Below are positions 1-10,323 of a stretch of DNA of 64,000 bases, piece after piece. Numbering within the stretch: position 1 is the stretch's first letter; every line of letters begins with the position of its first letter. The notes under the pieces were generated by a model. It worked only from the letters and a program-made list of their open reading frames with translations, ran no database searches and was not told where the DNA came from. Location: NCBI GenBank assembly GCA_963701315.1, contig OY969603.1, forward strand, positions 3,159,320 to 3,223,319, read 5' to 3'. A program made the position numbers and the translations under genes. This stretch comes from an uncultured Acidobacteriota bacterium (GTDB lineage Bacteria > Acidobacteriota > Vicinamibacteria > Vicinamibacterales > Fen-181).

Positions 1-1
1 G

Positions 2-1882
2 GGAAGCGAGCTGATCCTCGGCCTCCGGGGCACGGCGGATTTCGGCCCGGTCGTCACCCTCGGCGCCGGCGGGATCTACACCGAGTTCCTGGCCTCGACC
101 TTCAAGCCCGGCCGCGAGATTGGAGTCTTTTCGCCCGCGGTGAGCCGCGAGGCGGACGTCGAGGAGGCGATTGGGCGGCTCGCCGCCGGCCAACTGGCCA
201 CGCGCCCGCTGCGCGGGCAGGCGCCGCGGGTGGGGGTGGCCCCGCTGCTCGACGTCGTCGGCCGGTTCCTGGCGCTCGCCTCCGCCTTCGCGCCCCAGGA
301 CATCTCGGAGTGCGAGATCAACCCGCTCGTCATCGCCGACGGCGGCCTGCTCGCGCTCGACATCCTCGTCAAGCTGGGCACCGGCGCGGCCGCCGGTCCG
401 CCCTCCCGCCCGCTGGCCAAGCTGCGCCACCTCCTCGAGCCGCAGAGTGCCGCCATCATCGGCGTGTCGGAGAAGCTCAACCCGGGGCACATCATTCTCA
501 ACAATCTGATCCGCGAGGGGTTCCCGCGCGATCGGATCACGGTCATCAAGCCGGGAGGGGGACAGATCGAGGGGTGCCGCTGCGTGGCCGACATTGCCGC
601 GCTCACCGGCAGGGTCGACCTGTTCATCCTGGCCATCTCCGCCGCCCAGACGCCCCAGGCCATCACCGACATCGTCGAGGGAGAGAAGGCCGAGAGCATC
701 ATCGTGATCCCCGGCGGGCTCGAGGAGAAGTCGGGGACCGAGGCCATCGTGGGCCAGATGCGCTCGGCGCTCGCCGCCTCGCGCGGGACGGCGTGGCAGG
801 GCCCCGTCATCAACGGGGGCAACTGCCTGGGCGTGCGGTCGCTGCCGGGCCGCTACGACACGATGTTCATCCCGGAGTACAAGCTCCCGGTGCCGTCAGG
901 CGAGGTCTCGCCCGTCGCCTTCGTGTCGCAGAGCGGGGCCTTCGCCGTGGCGCGCATGAGCAAGATGGGGCGCCTCAACCCCAAGTACGCGATCACGTGC
1001 GGCAACCAGATGGACCTGACGGTGAGCGACTACCTGACCTACCTGAAGGCCGACGCGAGCATCGAGATCTTCGCCGTCTACGTCGAGGGTTTCGCGCGGC
1101 TCGACGGGCTGGCCTTTCTGCGTGCGGCGCGGGAGATCACCGACAGCGGCCGCACCGTCATCCTCTACCGCGCCGGCCGGACGCCGGCCGGCGCCCGCGC
1201 GTCGGCCAGCCACACGGCGTCGATCGCGGGCGACTACACGGTGACGCGCGAGCTGGCGCGGGCCGCGGGCGTCGTCGTCGCCGAGTCCCTCGGCGACTTC
1301 GACGACCTGGTGCGGCTCTTCACGTGGCTCCGCGGCAAGCGCGCCGACGGGTGGCGACTGGGCGCCGTCTCGAACGCGGGGTTCGAGTGCGTGGCCATCG
1401 CGGACACGCTGGGGCGCTTCGACCTGCCGCCGTTTGACGGCGGGACGGCCGCCCGGCTCGAGGCGGTCTTCCGGCAGACGCGCATCGACTCGGTCGTCGA
1501 CGTGCACAACCCGATCGACCTGACGCCGATGGCCGGCGACCTCGCGTATGCGGACGTCGTTCGCACGGTGATGGAATCCGACACCGTGGATGTCGGGATT
1601 GTCGGCTGCGTGCCGCTGACCGCGGCCCTCAACACGCTGCCCGCCTCCCCGCACCATCGGGACGACCTGTCGGCGCCCGACGCGGTGGGCCAGCGGTTGG
1701 CCGGCCTCAAGCAGGACCTAGCCAAGGCGTGGGTCGCCGTGGTGGACGCGGGCCCCGTCTACGACCCGTTCGCCGCGCTGCTCGAGGCGCACCGGATCCC
1801 GACGTTTCGCGAGGCCGACACGGCCCTGCGGCTCTTCAACGTCTTCGTCGAGGCGCGCCAACGCGCGGGCGCGGCCCGGTGA
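2..1882 (+). CDS. acetate--CoA ligase family protein (ADP-forming acyl-CoA synthetase), 5' end outside window
   Basis: Frame 2 is open from base 2 (GSELILGLRGTADFGPVVTLGAGGIYTEFL, ATP-grasp-like) into listed ORF 140..1882. The rest is a CoA-binding/ligase-CoA core with the phosphohistidine-type motif SASHTASIAG. Confidence 0.8.
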   Translation, partial: GSELILGLRGTADFGPVVTLGAGGIYTEFLASTFKPGREIGVFSPAVSREADVEEAIGRLAAGQLATRPLRGQAPRVGVAPLLDVVGRFLALASAFAPQDISECEINPLVIADGGLLALDILVKLGTGAAAGPPSRPLAKLRHLLEPQSAAIIGVSEKLNPGHIILNNLIREGFPRDRITVIKPGGGQIEGCRCVADIAALTGRVDLFILAISAAQTPQAITDIVEGEKAESIIVIPGGLEEKSGTEAIVGQMRSALAASRGTAWQGPVINGGNCLGVRSLPGRYDTMFIPEYKLPVPSGEVSPVAFVSQSGAFAVARMSKMGRLNPKYAITCGNQMDLTVSDYLTYLKADASIEIFAVYVEGFARLDGLAFLRAAREITDSGRTVILYRAGRTPAGARASASHTASIAGDYTVTRELARAAGVVVAESLGDFDDLVRLFTWLRGKRADGWRLGAVSNAGFECVAIADTLGRFDLPPFDGGTAARLEAVFRQTRIDSVVDVHNPIDLTPMAGDLAYADVVRTVMESDTVDVGIVGCVPLTAALNTLPASPHHRDDLSAPDAVGQRLAGLKQDLAKAWVAVVDAGPVYDPFAALLEAHRIPTFREADTALRLFNVFVEARQRAGAAR

Positions 1883-2538
1883 GGCCGCCGTTCACTCCGG
1901 CCGAGCGCCGGCTGCTGTGCCGGCTGGCGACGCCGCTCGCCGTGCAGCGGTACTTCAATCACCTGCCCTACAACACCGAACCCCCGCCCGGCGGGCCGAC
2001 CCTCCGCAGCTTCCGGAGCGTCGTGCGGCTGGGTACGGCCCACTGCCTCGAGGCGGCTCTCGCGGCCGCCGTGATCCTCGAGTACCACGACTACCCGCCC
2101 CTGGTGCTCAGTTTCGAGTCGATCGACCGGCTCGACCACGTGCTGTTCGTGTACCGCGAGGACGGGCGGTGGGGTTCGGTTGCGCGGTCGCGCGACCCCG
2201 GGCTCCACGGGCGGCGGCCCGTGTTCCGGACGCCCAGGCATCTCGCGCTGAGTTACTTCGATCCGTACGTGGACTTCACCGGCCGGATCACGGGCTACGC
2301 CGTGATTGACCTGCGGGTGCTCGGTGACTACGACTGGCGGCTCTCCGAGCGCAACGTGTGGAAGGTCGAACGCCTGCTGCTCGACTGGCCCCACCGCCCG
2401 ATCCGATCGTCCGACCGGCGAGTCGACCAGCTGCGGCGACGGTACTTTGCCTTCCGGCGGCGCCACCCGGGCCGCAAGCCCGTCGATCTCTACAAGAGGC
2501 GCGAGACCTGGACCGAGCTGCCGCCGGGAATCTCGTAG
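1879..2538 (+). CDS. conserved hypothetical protein with candidate Cys/His/Asp residues (GTAHCLEAA ... LDHVLFVY)
   Basis: In-frame GTG at 1879 inside ORF 1729..2538 overlaps the upstream stop as GTGA. Composition from this point is non-shadow-like (RYFNHLPYNTEPPPGGPTLRSF...). No family recognised with certainty. Confidence 0.55.
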   Translation: MRPPFTPAERRLLCRLATPLAVQRYFNHLPYNTEPPPGGPTLRSFRSVVRLGTAHCLEAALAAAVILEYHDYPPLVLSFESIDRLDHVLFVYREDGRWGSVARSRDPGLHGRRPVFRTPRHLALSYFDPYVDFTGRITGYAVIDLRVLGDYDWRLSERNVWKVERLLLDWPHRPIRSSDRRVDQLRRRYFAFRRRHPGRKPVDLYKRRETWTELPPGIS

Positions 2539-2562
2539 ACGAGACTACCCGGCGGCGGACAC

Positions 2563-2868
2563 TCAGTCCAGATCGAAGTCGCGCTTCGGGGGCGGGCCGA
2601 CCGGCTCGTCGCGCGCCTGCCGCAGGGCCTCTTCGAACCGCTTCGACAGCGCATCCCCCCTCGTTTTCTGCGCCTCGACCGACTCCAGGAAGACGGCTTC
2701 CCGCCGGGCCTTCTCGTCGGCCAGGATCCGCTGGGCCGCGTCGAGGTCCGGCTTGTCCTCGCGCTCGGGGTCGCGGTGCGACACCAGGCGGCGCAGGTTC
2801 ACGTCGATGACGAGCACGGCCCCGCAGCACGGGCACGCCACTTCGAGTTCGGACTTGAGCTTAGCCAC
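2563..2868 (-). CDS. small zinc-ribbon protein (CPCCG), hypothetical
   Basis: 101-aa ORF with a GTG start. It is preceded by GGAGGTGA, which lies in the 3' end of the upstream gene. Charged helical C-terminus. Confidence 0.6.
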   Translation of the reverse strand: MAKLKSELEVACPCCGAVLVIDVNLRRLVSHRDPEREDKPDLDAAQRILADEKARREAVFLESVEAQKTRGDALSKRFEEALRQARDEPVGPPPKRDFDLD

Positions 2869-2871
2869 GTC

Positions 2872-3222
2872 TCACCTCCGGCGTCCTCGGCCCCAGACCA
2901 AGTGGACCGGGCGTCCGTCGGCCGTCTTGGCGTCGACGCTGATCCCGAACGGCACCTGGCGCGAGGGGTCGAAGCGCTGGCCGAAACCGGCCACGAACAA
3001 CCGGTACGGCGCGTCGAGACGCTGGCCGGGAAGCAGCTCGGGGGCCTGGGCCCGGTAGTGGTCGTTCAACCAGACCTCGACGTCGACCCATCGCGTGTCG
3101 GTCCGGTTGATGACCGTCACGTGATCCGTCCCGACCAGCAGCGAGGGCCGCTCCTCGGACGCGCAGCCGAGCACGAACGCCAGACCGACCACCGCCAGGA
3201 CCGAGACATGTCTCCGAGGCAT
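2872..3222 (-). CDS. putative lipoprotein, hypothetical
   Basis: Signal peptide plus lipobox (VLAVVGLAFVLGCASEE). ATG at 3222 within ORF 2872..3231. Its stop is 3 nt upstream of the next gene's start. Confidence 0.55.
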   Translation of the reverse strand: MPRRHVSVLAVVGLAFVLGCASEERPSLLVGTDHVTVINRTDTRWVDVEVWLNDHYRAQAPELLPGQRLDAPYRLFVAGFGQRFDPSRQVPFGISVDAKTADGRPVHLVWGRGRRR

Positions 3223-3322
3223 CGCGGTCACTATAGCGCAGGTTGCCCGCGCCGCGGGCGGATGGCGCAGGAAGCTATCGTTGTGATATCATAGTGCAAG
3301 CATCGGTGAGGAGGGTGCGTCG

Positions 3323-4201
3323 ATGATTCGCGAGAAAGAGACTGCGGCGCTGTCCGGCTGGGCTGCACTGGCCGTCCTGATTCCTGGCCTGATCCTGCTC
3401 GTCGTCCTCATCGTCGGCGAGGCGCAGCGCGGCACCGGGGCGCTGCCCTGGCTGCTCGTGGCCTACGCGCTCGGCGTCGGGGTCGACGGCGTGTGCCTGG
3501 CGGGCCTGTTTGTCGTGAACCCGAACGAGGCCCAGGTGCTGCAGCTGTTCGGCAGCTACGTGGGCACGGCGAAGACGCCCGGGCTGCGGTGGGCGATTCC
3601 CTTCTACACGAAGCGGCGCATCTCGCAGCGGGTCCGGAACTTCGAGAGCCAGCGCCTGAAGGTGAACGACATCGAAGGCAACCCGATCGAGATTGCGGCC
3701 GTCGTCGTGTGGCGCGTCGTCGAGACCGCCGAGGCGAGCTTCGAGGTGGACAACTACGAGAACTTCGTCCACGTCCAGAGCGAGGCGGCGCTGCGCAACC
3801 TGGCCACCAGCTACCCGTACGACTCGCACGACGATCGGGTCACGTCGCTGCGCGGGCAGACCGTCGCCGTGGCCGAACACCTCAAGGCGGAGATCCAGGA
3901 GCGCCTGGCCAAAGCGGGCGTCGAGGTGATCGAGGCGCGGATCAGCCATCTCGCCTACGCGCCGGAGATCGCCGCCGCCATGCTGCAGCGCCAGCAGGCG
4001 GGCGCGATCATCGCGGCGCGCCAGCGGATCGTCGAGGGCGCGGTCGGCATGGTGGAGATGGCCCTCGAACAGCTGGCGGCGAAACACCTGCTGCAGCTCG
4101 ACGAGGAGCGTCGCGCCACGATGGTGAGCAACCTGCTGGTCGTGCTGTGCGGCGAACGCGCGGCGCAGCCGGTGATCAACACGGGGTCTCTGTACCAATG
4201 A
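3323..4201 (+). CDS. SPFH/band 7 domain membrane protein
   Basis: N-terminal TM segment followed by a stomatin/prohibitin-like core ([17 protein letters not shown]..., [21 protein letters not shown]). Confidence 0.85.
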   Translation: MIREKETAALSGWAALAVLIPGLILLVVLIVGEAQRGTGALPWLLVAYALGVGVDGVCLAGLFVVNPNEAQVLQLFGSYVGTAKTPGLRWAIPFYTKRRISQRVRNFESQRLKVNDIEGNPIEIAAVVVWRVVETAEASFEVDNYENFVHVQSEAALRNLATSYPYDSHDDRVTSLRGQTVAVAEHLKAEIQERLAKAGVEVIEARISHLAYAPEIAAAMLQRQQAGAIIAARQRIVEGAVGMVEMALEQLAAKHLLQLDEERRATMVSNLLVVLCGERAAQPVINTGSLYQ

Positions 4202-4213
4202 CGTCCACCCGCC

Positions 4214-4414
4214 GTGCCTGATCGGAAGCCGTTCTTGGTCCGGCTCGACCCGGCGCTGCTCGACGCCCTCCAGCGCTGGGCCAACGACGAGGTCCGGAGC
4301 CTCAACGGGCAGATCGACTACCTGCTCACCCGCGCGCTCCGCGAGGCCGGACGTCTGAAGGGGACTCGACCGTCCAGCACCCGGCCGCCGCGAGGCGACG
4401 AGTCGGCGCGCTAG
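4214..4414 (+). CDS. Arc/ribbon-helix-helix family DNA-binding protein
   Basis: 66 aa. [34 protein letters not shown] fits the RHH beta-strand/helix/helix pattern. Begins 13 nt after the SPFH stop. Confidence 0.6.
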   Translation: MPDRKPFLVRLDPALLDALQRWANDEVRSLNGQIDYLLTRALREAGRLKGTRPSSTRPPRGDESAR

Positions 4415-4589
4415 GTGGTGGTTCCCAGGGTGGCGGGACGGGGTCGGAGCGCGGCCCGGCAGGGCTGACGGGCGCTAGTCGGTCTCGCACGTTCTCAGGG
4501 GATCGGAACGGGCCACGAGGGACGCCGTGGCCCGAAGGTGGGGCGGAGGGGCACGACGGGGGGCGCGGCCCGGCCGCGTCCCCGGGGCG

Positions 4590-4814
4590 TCACCCTTCTT
4601 CCTCGAATTCCTCTTCCTCGGCCGGTAGCAAGCGTGTCGGCGCCCGCAGCGCCTCCCGGTGATCGAACAGCGGCAGGTCGCAGACGTGGAACAGCGACAC
4701 GCACCCGGCAGACTTCTCCTCGACGACCACGGTCACCGGGCTGCCCTCGACGCCCTCGCGAAATCCAATCCGGCATCCGCAGGCGAGCCGGGCGTGCGTG
4801 AACCCCTTCAACAT
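4590..4814 (-). CDS. small Cys-rich hypothetical protein with acidic tail
   Basis: ATG at 4814 is preceded by GGAGAG. Five Cys (ACGC, GC, VC) and a C-terminal EEEEFEEEG tail. Lies downstream of the TlpA-like gene on the same strand. Confidence 0.4.
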   Translation of the reverse strand: MLKGFTHARLACGCRIGFREGVEGSPVTVVVEEKSAGCVSLFHVCDLPLFDHREALRAPTRLLPAEEEEFEEEG

Positions 4815-4877
4815 GACTTCTCTCCGCGACACGCGCTCGGTGCAAAACCACCGCCCGCGTCCGATGAGGAGATCATA

Positions 4878-5426
4878 CTACAGCAGCGCCTCGATCCAAC
4901 TCTCGAACTGCTCCTTCGACGCCGGGCCGAGTTGCTTCACGCAGACCTTCGAGTTGCGCCCGATGATGACCGTCACCGGCACCGCGAAGATGGGGCCGTA
5001 CGCATTCTGGATGTCGTCGCGGTCGAGCCCGACCAGCAGTGGATAGTTGACCTTGAACTCCTTGGCGAAGGGAGACAGCTTATCGGGCGTATCGTCGACC
5101 GACACGCCGATGGCCTGGAAGCCGCGGGACTTGTACTTGGCTTGCAGCTCCACGAACCAGGGAATCTCCAGCTTGCACGGCGGACACCACGTGGCCCAGA
5201 AGTTGAGGAGCACGACCTTGCCCTTGAGGTCGGCCAAGCGCACGTCGGCGCCCTGCATGTCCTTGAGGGTGAAGTTCAGATCGGCCGGGCCCGCGTTCGC
5301 CGTGCAGCCAGCCGCCGGGTCGGTGCGCGGACTCGAGAGCCAGACACCAATCCGCTCGGGCAGCGGAGTGAACAGCGCGAAGACCAGCCCGGCGCCCACG
5401 GCACCTACCATCCACCGCTTCTTCAT
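4878..5426 (-). CDS. TlpA-family thiol:disulfide oxidoreductase (thioredoxin fold)
   Basis: Signal/anchor sequence MKKRWMVGAVGAGLVFAL and active site FWATWCPPC. ATG at 5426 is preceded by GAGGA. Confidence 0.85.
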   Translation of the reverse strand: MKKRWMVGAVGAGLVFALFTPLPERIGVWLSSPRTDPAAGCTANAGPADLNFTLKDMQGADVRLADLKGKVVLLNFWATWCPPCKLEIPWFVELQAKYKSRGFQAIGVSVDDTPDKLSPFAKEFKVNYPLLVGLDRDDIQNAYGPIFAVPVTVIIGRNSKVCVKQLGPASKEQFESWIEALL

Positions 5427-5511
5427 AGGATCCTCGGACGCTCCGTTCCCACGCACGGTCCGGCCACCCTCTCCGTGCTCCAGCCATTCTACCGCCGGGC
5501 ATCCCTCGCCC

Positions 5512-6264
5512 TCACGACCCCGCGCCCGCGAAGTACGCGGCGACCGTGCGCATCTCGGGCTCCGACTCACGGCCCAGGAGGACGTACGTGGCGTGGCGGT
5601 CCGACCAGATTCGCGCAGCGTAGCCCGCCAGCGTCACCTGCGACGGGGGCCGAGCGGTGGCAGGCACCACGAACAGCGAGAGCGCGCGGCCGCCGTGTCG
5701 GTAGAGCACGTGCGCCACCGACCCGTCGGACGAGAAGCAACGCCGTGCCCCGAGCAGCGTGAGCCGTTCACGCGCCAGGCTGCCCGGAATCGCCAGGCGC
5801 CACCCGTAGCGGAGCGTGAGCTCTGCGGCGACCGTTTGCGGGTCGGCGGGTCCGCCGTGCGGCTCGAACAGGGCGAAACACTTCAGATGATCGAGCGCCA
5901 GTTCGGCGACGAGCAGGCCGGGGGAGGAGGCGACGAAGCCGCGGAGGGCGACAGCCAGCACGACGACCGCGGCGGCCGCCAGGCCCGGGGCCAGCCACCG
6001 CCTGCGCTCGGTGCGCTCCACCTGGGGCGGGCGCGACGAGGCGGCCGCCATCTCGCACCGACGCCGGAGCAAGGCCGGCCCCACCACCGACACGGCCCCG
6101 GCCCGCGCCCGGAGCACCGCGCGCGCCACCCCTTCGGCCCGCGCCCGCTCGGCACACGCGGGACAGCGCTGGAGGTGCGCCTCGACGTCGCGTCGCTCCT
6201 CTCCCCCGGCCTCCTCGTCGAGGTAGGGCGTCAGCAGAGGGTCGATGTCGTGACAGCTCGCCAT
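5512..6264 (-). CDS. anti-sigma factor, zf-HC2 type, single-pass membrane
   Basis: N-terminal H-x3-C-x2-C motif (EAHLQRCPACAERA) and a central TM helix (WLAPGLAAAAVVVLAVAL). Starts 7 nt after the ECF sigma stop. Confidence 0.75.
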   Translation of the reverse strand: MASCHDIDPLLTPYLDEEAGGEERRDVEAHLQRCPACAERARAEGVARAVLRARAGAVSVVGPALLRRRCEMAAASSRPPQVERTERRRWLAPGLAAAAVVVLAVALRGFVASSPGLLVAELALDHLKCFALFEPHGGPADPQTVAAELTLRYGWRLAIPGSLARERLTLLGARRCFSSDGSVAHVLYRHGGRALSLFVVPATARPPSQVTLAGYAARIWSDRHATYVLLGRESEPEMRTVAAYFAGAGS

Positions 6265-6271
6265 GGCGTCC

Positions 6272-6823
6272 TCAGCGCGGTTTGGCCGCGGTCAGCCGTT
6301 CGTAGAGCAGACGCCGGCCGCGCGAGATGCGGGACATCACCGTCCCGATGGGGATCTCCAGGATCTTCGCGATGTCCGCATAGCTGAACTCCTCGACGTC
6401 CCGCAGCCACACCGCCTCGCGGAAGGCGTGCGGCAGGGCGTCGAGTGCCGCCTGCAGGTCCGCATCGAGCGTCCCGCGCAGCAGCAGCGTTTCGGGCGTC
6501 TCGACCGCCCCGGATGCCACCCGTTCGATCTCATCCGGTTCCAGGGCCACCGGCTCTCTGACCGCCCGCCGGCGGCGGTTCAGGAACGTATTGTGCAGGA
6601 TGGTGAACAACCACGCCTTGAGGTTCGTCCCGGGGGTGAACTGAGCCTCTGCCCGGAGTGCCTTCAGGTACGTGTCCTGCACCAAGTCCTCGGCATCGGC
6701 CGGATTGGCCGTCAGCCGGAGGGCCGTGCCGTAGAGGGCGTCGAGGCAGGCAAGTGCCTCGCGTTCAAACGCCGTTTCCGGCCCGTGGCGTGGCCCGTCG
6801 CCCTGCCTTTTCGTGAACGGCAT
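6272..6823 (-). CDS. ECF-type RNA polymerase sigma-70 family factor
   Basis: Region 2 ([26 protein letters not shown]) and region 4 ([28 protein letters not shown]). Internal ATG at 6823 of ORF 6272..6964. Confidence 0.9.
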   Translation of the reverse strand: MPFTKRQGDGPRHGPETAFEREALACLDALYGTALRLTANPADAEDLVQDTYLKALRAEAQFTPGTNLKAWLFTILHNTFLNRRRRAVREPVALEPDEIERVASGAVETPETLLLRGTLDADLQAALDALPHAFREAVWLRDVEEFSYADIAKILEIPIGTVMSRISRGRRLLYERLTAAKPR

Positions 6824-7042
6824 CGGTCCGTTCGGGCCTGTGTCGAAGAACCCCGTTGAGGCCCGGAAAATTCCCCCCGGGCGTGATTCTTTCACAGTGC
6901 GCAGCCCGGACAAAGACCCGAGTGTCACCTGTCGACGCCGGCGGCCGGCCAGGAATGAGGACAATGGGGGGCGGGACAGGGGCCGTGTCGGCCCGCGGCG
7001 CTGGTACCGCTCTTGCTCGCCTCAACCGAGCCGAGCCATCGG

Positions 7043-7072
7043 TTGCGGCCCTACTGACAGTGACAGTAAGAT
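7043..7072 (+). promoter_or_regulatory. candidate sigma70-type promoter TTGCGG-18-TAAGAT upstream of the 7136 gene
   Basis: Hexamers read by eye at 7043-7048 and 7067-7072. A GACAGT GACAGT direct repeat lies in the spacer. Confidence 0.3.
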
Positions 7073-7135
7073 GCGAACAAGGGGGTAGCCACTCACCGGC
7101 AACCGTGACCGCCAACCCCTGAAGAGGTTAACGCT

Positions 7136-10100
7136 ATGCGCACGCGCACCAAGGGCGCGCTCTGGACGTCGCTGGTCGCCGGGTTCCTGCTGACCGTCGC
7201 CCCCGGTGTCACGCAAGTGACCAGCGCGCAAACGCCGTTCGTTCCGTACTTTGGCAAGAACCTGGTGCACTACGGCAACTTCGACTGGCACATCTACACC
7301 ACGGACCACTTCCAGATCTACTACTACACCGAGGTGGAGAAGCACCTGGAACGCGTGGCCGGGTATGCCGAGAGTGCCTACCAGCAGGTCAGTGCCGACC
7401 TGAAGCACGACCTGGCGTTCAAGGTGCCGATGATCCTCTTCAAGACCCACGTCGAGTTCGAGCAGGAAAACGTCATCCCGGGCGCCGCGCAGGAAGGCGT
7501 GGGAGCGTTCGCCGAGCCGACGCGCAACCGGTTGCTGCTGCCGCTCGACGAGCCGCCAGACCTCCTGTACCGGACCATCACCCATGAGCTCACCCACATC
7601 TTCGAGTTCGACATCATCCCGCAGTCGCTGATCCGCCGCGAGGAGCCCCTCTGGATCAACGAGGGGCTGTCGGACTACGAGGCGGGCTACTGGGACCCGC
7701 TCGACCTGGCCACGGTGCGCGACGCGGCGGTGTCCGACATCGTGCCGAAGATGAGCAAGCTCCAGGGCTACGGCGAGTTCAACAATCCCCGGCTCATCTA
7801 CAACCTGGGGCACTCGGCGTTCGAGTTCATGGAGGCGCGCTGGGGCAAGGAGGGAATCCGGCAGTTCCTCTTTGCGCTCCGCAAGAGCGTGATCGGTGGC
7901 GGCGAGAACGCGTACGACGACGCCTTCAAGTTGAAGGCCGACGACTTCGACCAGCAGTTCGAGAAGTACCTGAAGGACCGCTTCAAGCCGTTCCGCGACA
8001 AGGAGCGGCCCATGGACTACGGGCGTGACCTCGCGCCCAACCGCGAGAAGACCAAGTTCGTCGACGCGCTGACCGCCGAGCCGTCGCCCTCCGGCGATCT
8101 GATCGCGATCGTGACCGGGAACATGCGCGACCGCGAGTACGACATCGTCCTCGTCTCATCGAAGGACGGGCAGGTCGTGCGCAACCTGACGCCGGGCTTC
8201 GACAAGGACATGGGCTTCGAGTACCTGTCCTTCCCGGGGACGCGGTGGAACACCGTGCCCTGGATCGCCTGGAGCCCGGGCGGCGACCGGATCGTCTTCG
8301 TCGTGCGCATGGGGAAGAACAAGGGGTTCATCGTCGAGGACGTCGTCACGCGGAAGATCCTCCAGCGGATCGAGCTGAAGACCCTGAATGAGCCGGAGTC
8401 GCCCGCCTTCGCGCCCAACGGCAAGATCATCGCGTTCTCCGCCCTCCACAACGCGAAGAGCGACATCTACTCGATGAACGTCGACACCGGCGACATCGCC
8501 AACCTGACGTCCGACGCGTTCTACAACTACGCGCCCACCTACTCGCCCGATGGCAAGTCGATCGTCTACCTGGCGCGCGTCAGCGGGAACGAGAAGCTGT
8601 TCCGTCTCGACCTGGACACCAAGAAGCGGACACAGCTCACCTTCGGGACCCACGACGACGCGGGCGCACGGTTCCTGGATGCGGACACGCTCGTCTTCGC
8701 GTCGACCGCCACCGACCCGGCGGTGACGCTCGATCCCGAGGTGGCGCGCAACGGCAACATCTACAACATCTGGACGCTGACCCTCAAGAACGGCGAGCTC
8801 CGGCAGTACACCGACTCGCTCGGCGGCAACGTGTCGCCGGTCGTCCTCAAGGACGTGAAGGGCGCGAAGGTCGCCTTCATCACCTACTACAAGGGGGATT
8901 GGGGCCTCCACGAGCTGGAGCTGACCAAGCCGCTCAAGACCGTGGCGACCGCCGATTTCGGCGCGCCGGGACCGGTCATCGACTTCCAGGCCCCGCTCAG
9001 CCACACGCTCGTCGCGCAGAACGAGCGCAAGAAGGGCACCTGGGAGAACGTGTTCCTGGAGGGCCGGCCGTCGATCGCGGTCGGGGTGACGAACAACTGG
9101 GACGTGTTCGGCGGCACGCAGCTGTCGCTCACCGACGTGCTGGGCGACCACCGCGTGGACTTCACGGCCGCCTCGATCCAGCAGTACGCCACCTTTGCGG
9201 GGTCGTACATGGATCTCTCGCGGCGCTTCCAGTGGGCGGTGCAGGGCATCTACCAGAAACTGTTCTACTACGGCACCGGCAGCTACTACTACGATCCCGC
9301 CTTGACGCCGTACATCAGCCGCGACCAAGCCGTGGCCACGCAGTCCATCAAGGGCGGGAGCGTCTTCGGCATCTACCCCCTCGACAGCTTCCGCCGGCTC
9401 GAGGTGTCGGCCGGGTTCTTCAACCAGAACAACTCGTACAACGACGCCACCACCTCTCAGCTCGTCCAGCTGTTGCCGGGCCAGGCGCCGCTCAACTTCA
9501 GCGGGTCGTTCCTGCCGGTCAGCCTCGCCTTCGTCCAGGAGACCACGGTGTTCCGGGAGTTCGGCCCGTTGGCCGGCAACACGATGCGCGTGTCCTACGA
9601 GTACGCGCCCGGGATCGGCGGCCTGTTCGCACGGCGGACCGCCAGCGTGGACCTCCGCTACTACCAGCGCCTCGCCTCCACGGGCGTGGCGGCCATTCGG
9701 CTGGTGGGCTTCAAGAGCGACGGCGACTACCCGGGGTACACCTTCTTCGGCGGCATGTCCGACATGCGGGGGTACGACTACCTCGAGTTCATCGGGCAGA
9801 ACGCCGTCTACAGCAACGCCGAGCTCAGGTTCCCGATCATCGAGGCCATGCTGACCCCGATCGGCCTGCTGGGCGGCGTGCGGGGCGTGTTCTTCTTCGA
9901 CATCGGGGCCGCCTGGTTCAACAACACGGGCTTCCAGTTCGCCACGTCAAAAGCGGAGACCTTCACCCCGTCGACCGGCGTGACCGTCGACGCCAACGGC
10001 AACCTCATCCCCACGTACGGCCAGCCGGTGACGATCAGCGGGTTCCGCCTGCAGGACGCGCGGGCGTCGTACGGGTCGGCCTCGAGACCTTCGCGCTCGG

Positions 10101-10227
10101 CTTCCCGATCCACTTCGACTGGGCGTGGCGGACGACGTTCAACCGGCAGTGGGAGGACTACGAGTTCGGGAGCTCCTCCACCTGGCGGAAGGTCCAGTTC
10201 CAGTTCTGGATCGGGTACGACTGGTAG
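7136..10227 (+). CDS. outer-membrane protein: gluzincin-like HExxH domain + TolB/PD40 beta-propeller + Omp85 (surface antigen) barrel; single-base frameshift near 10073-10075
   Basis: Signal peptide; HELTH at 7583-7597 followed by WINEGLSDY. PD40-like repeats (SPSGDLIAIV, WSPGGDRIVFV, FAPNGKIIAF, YSPDGKSIVYL). The barrel C-terminus ...FQFWIGYDW is in the frame of ORF 8899..10227, and the frames join if one G is added to the GGG at 10073-75. Confidence 0.8.
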
Positions 10228-10323
10228 CGCCCTGGCCGCCAGGCGGCCCGGGCCGAGGTTCGGCGAGGAGACGGCGCGGCGGATTAGCCCCTGCCGGGCT
10301 GCCGTCTCCGTTCGCGCGTCGCC

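Noticed and set aside
4509-4583. Two GC-rich stem-loops (4509-4534 and about 4560-4583) between convergent genes, as possible bidirectional terminators
   Set aside because: The stems are short or bulged and neither is followed by a T/U tract on either strand. Too weak to call.
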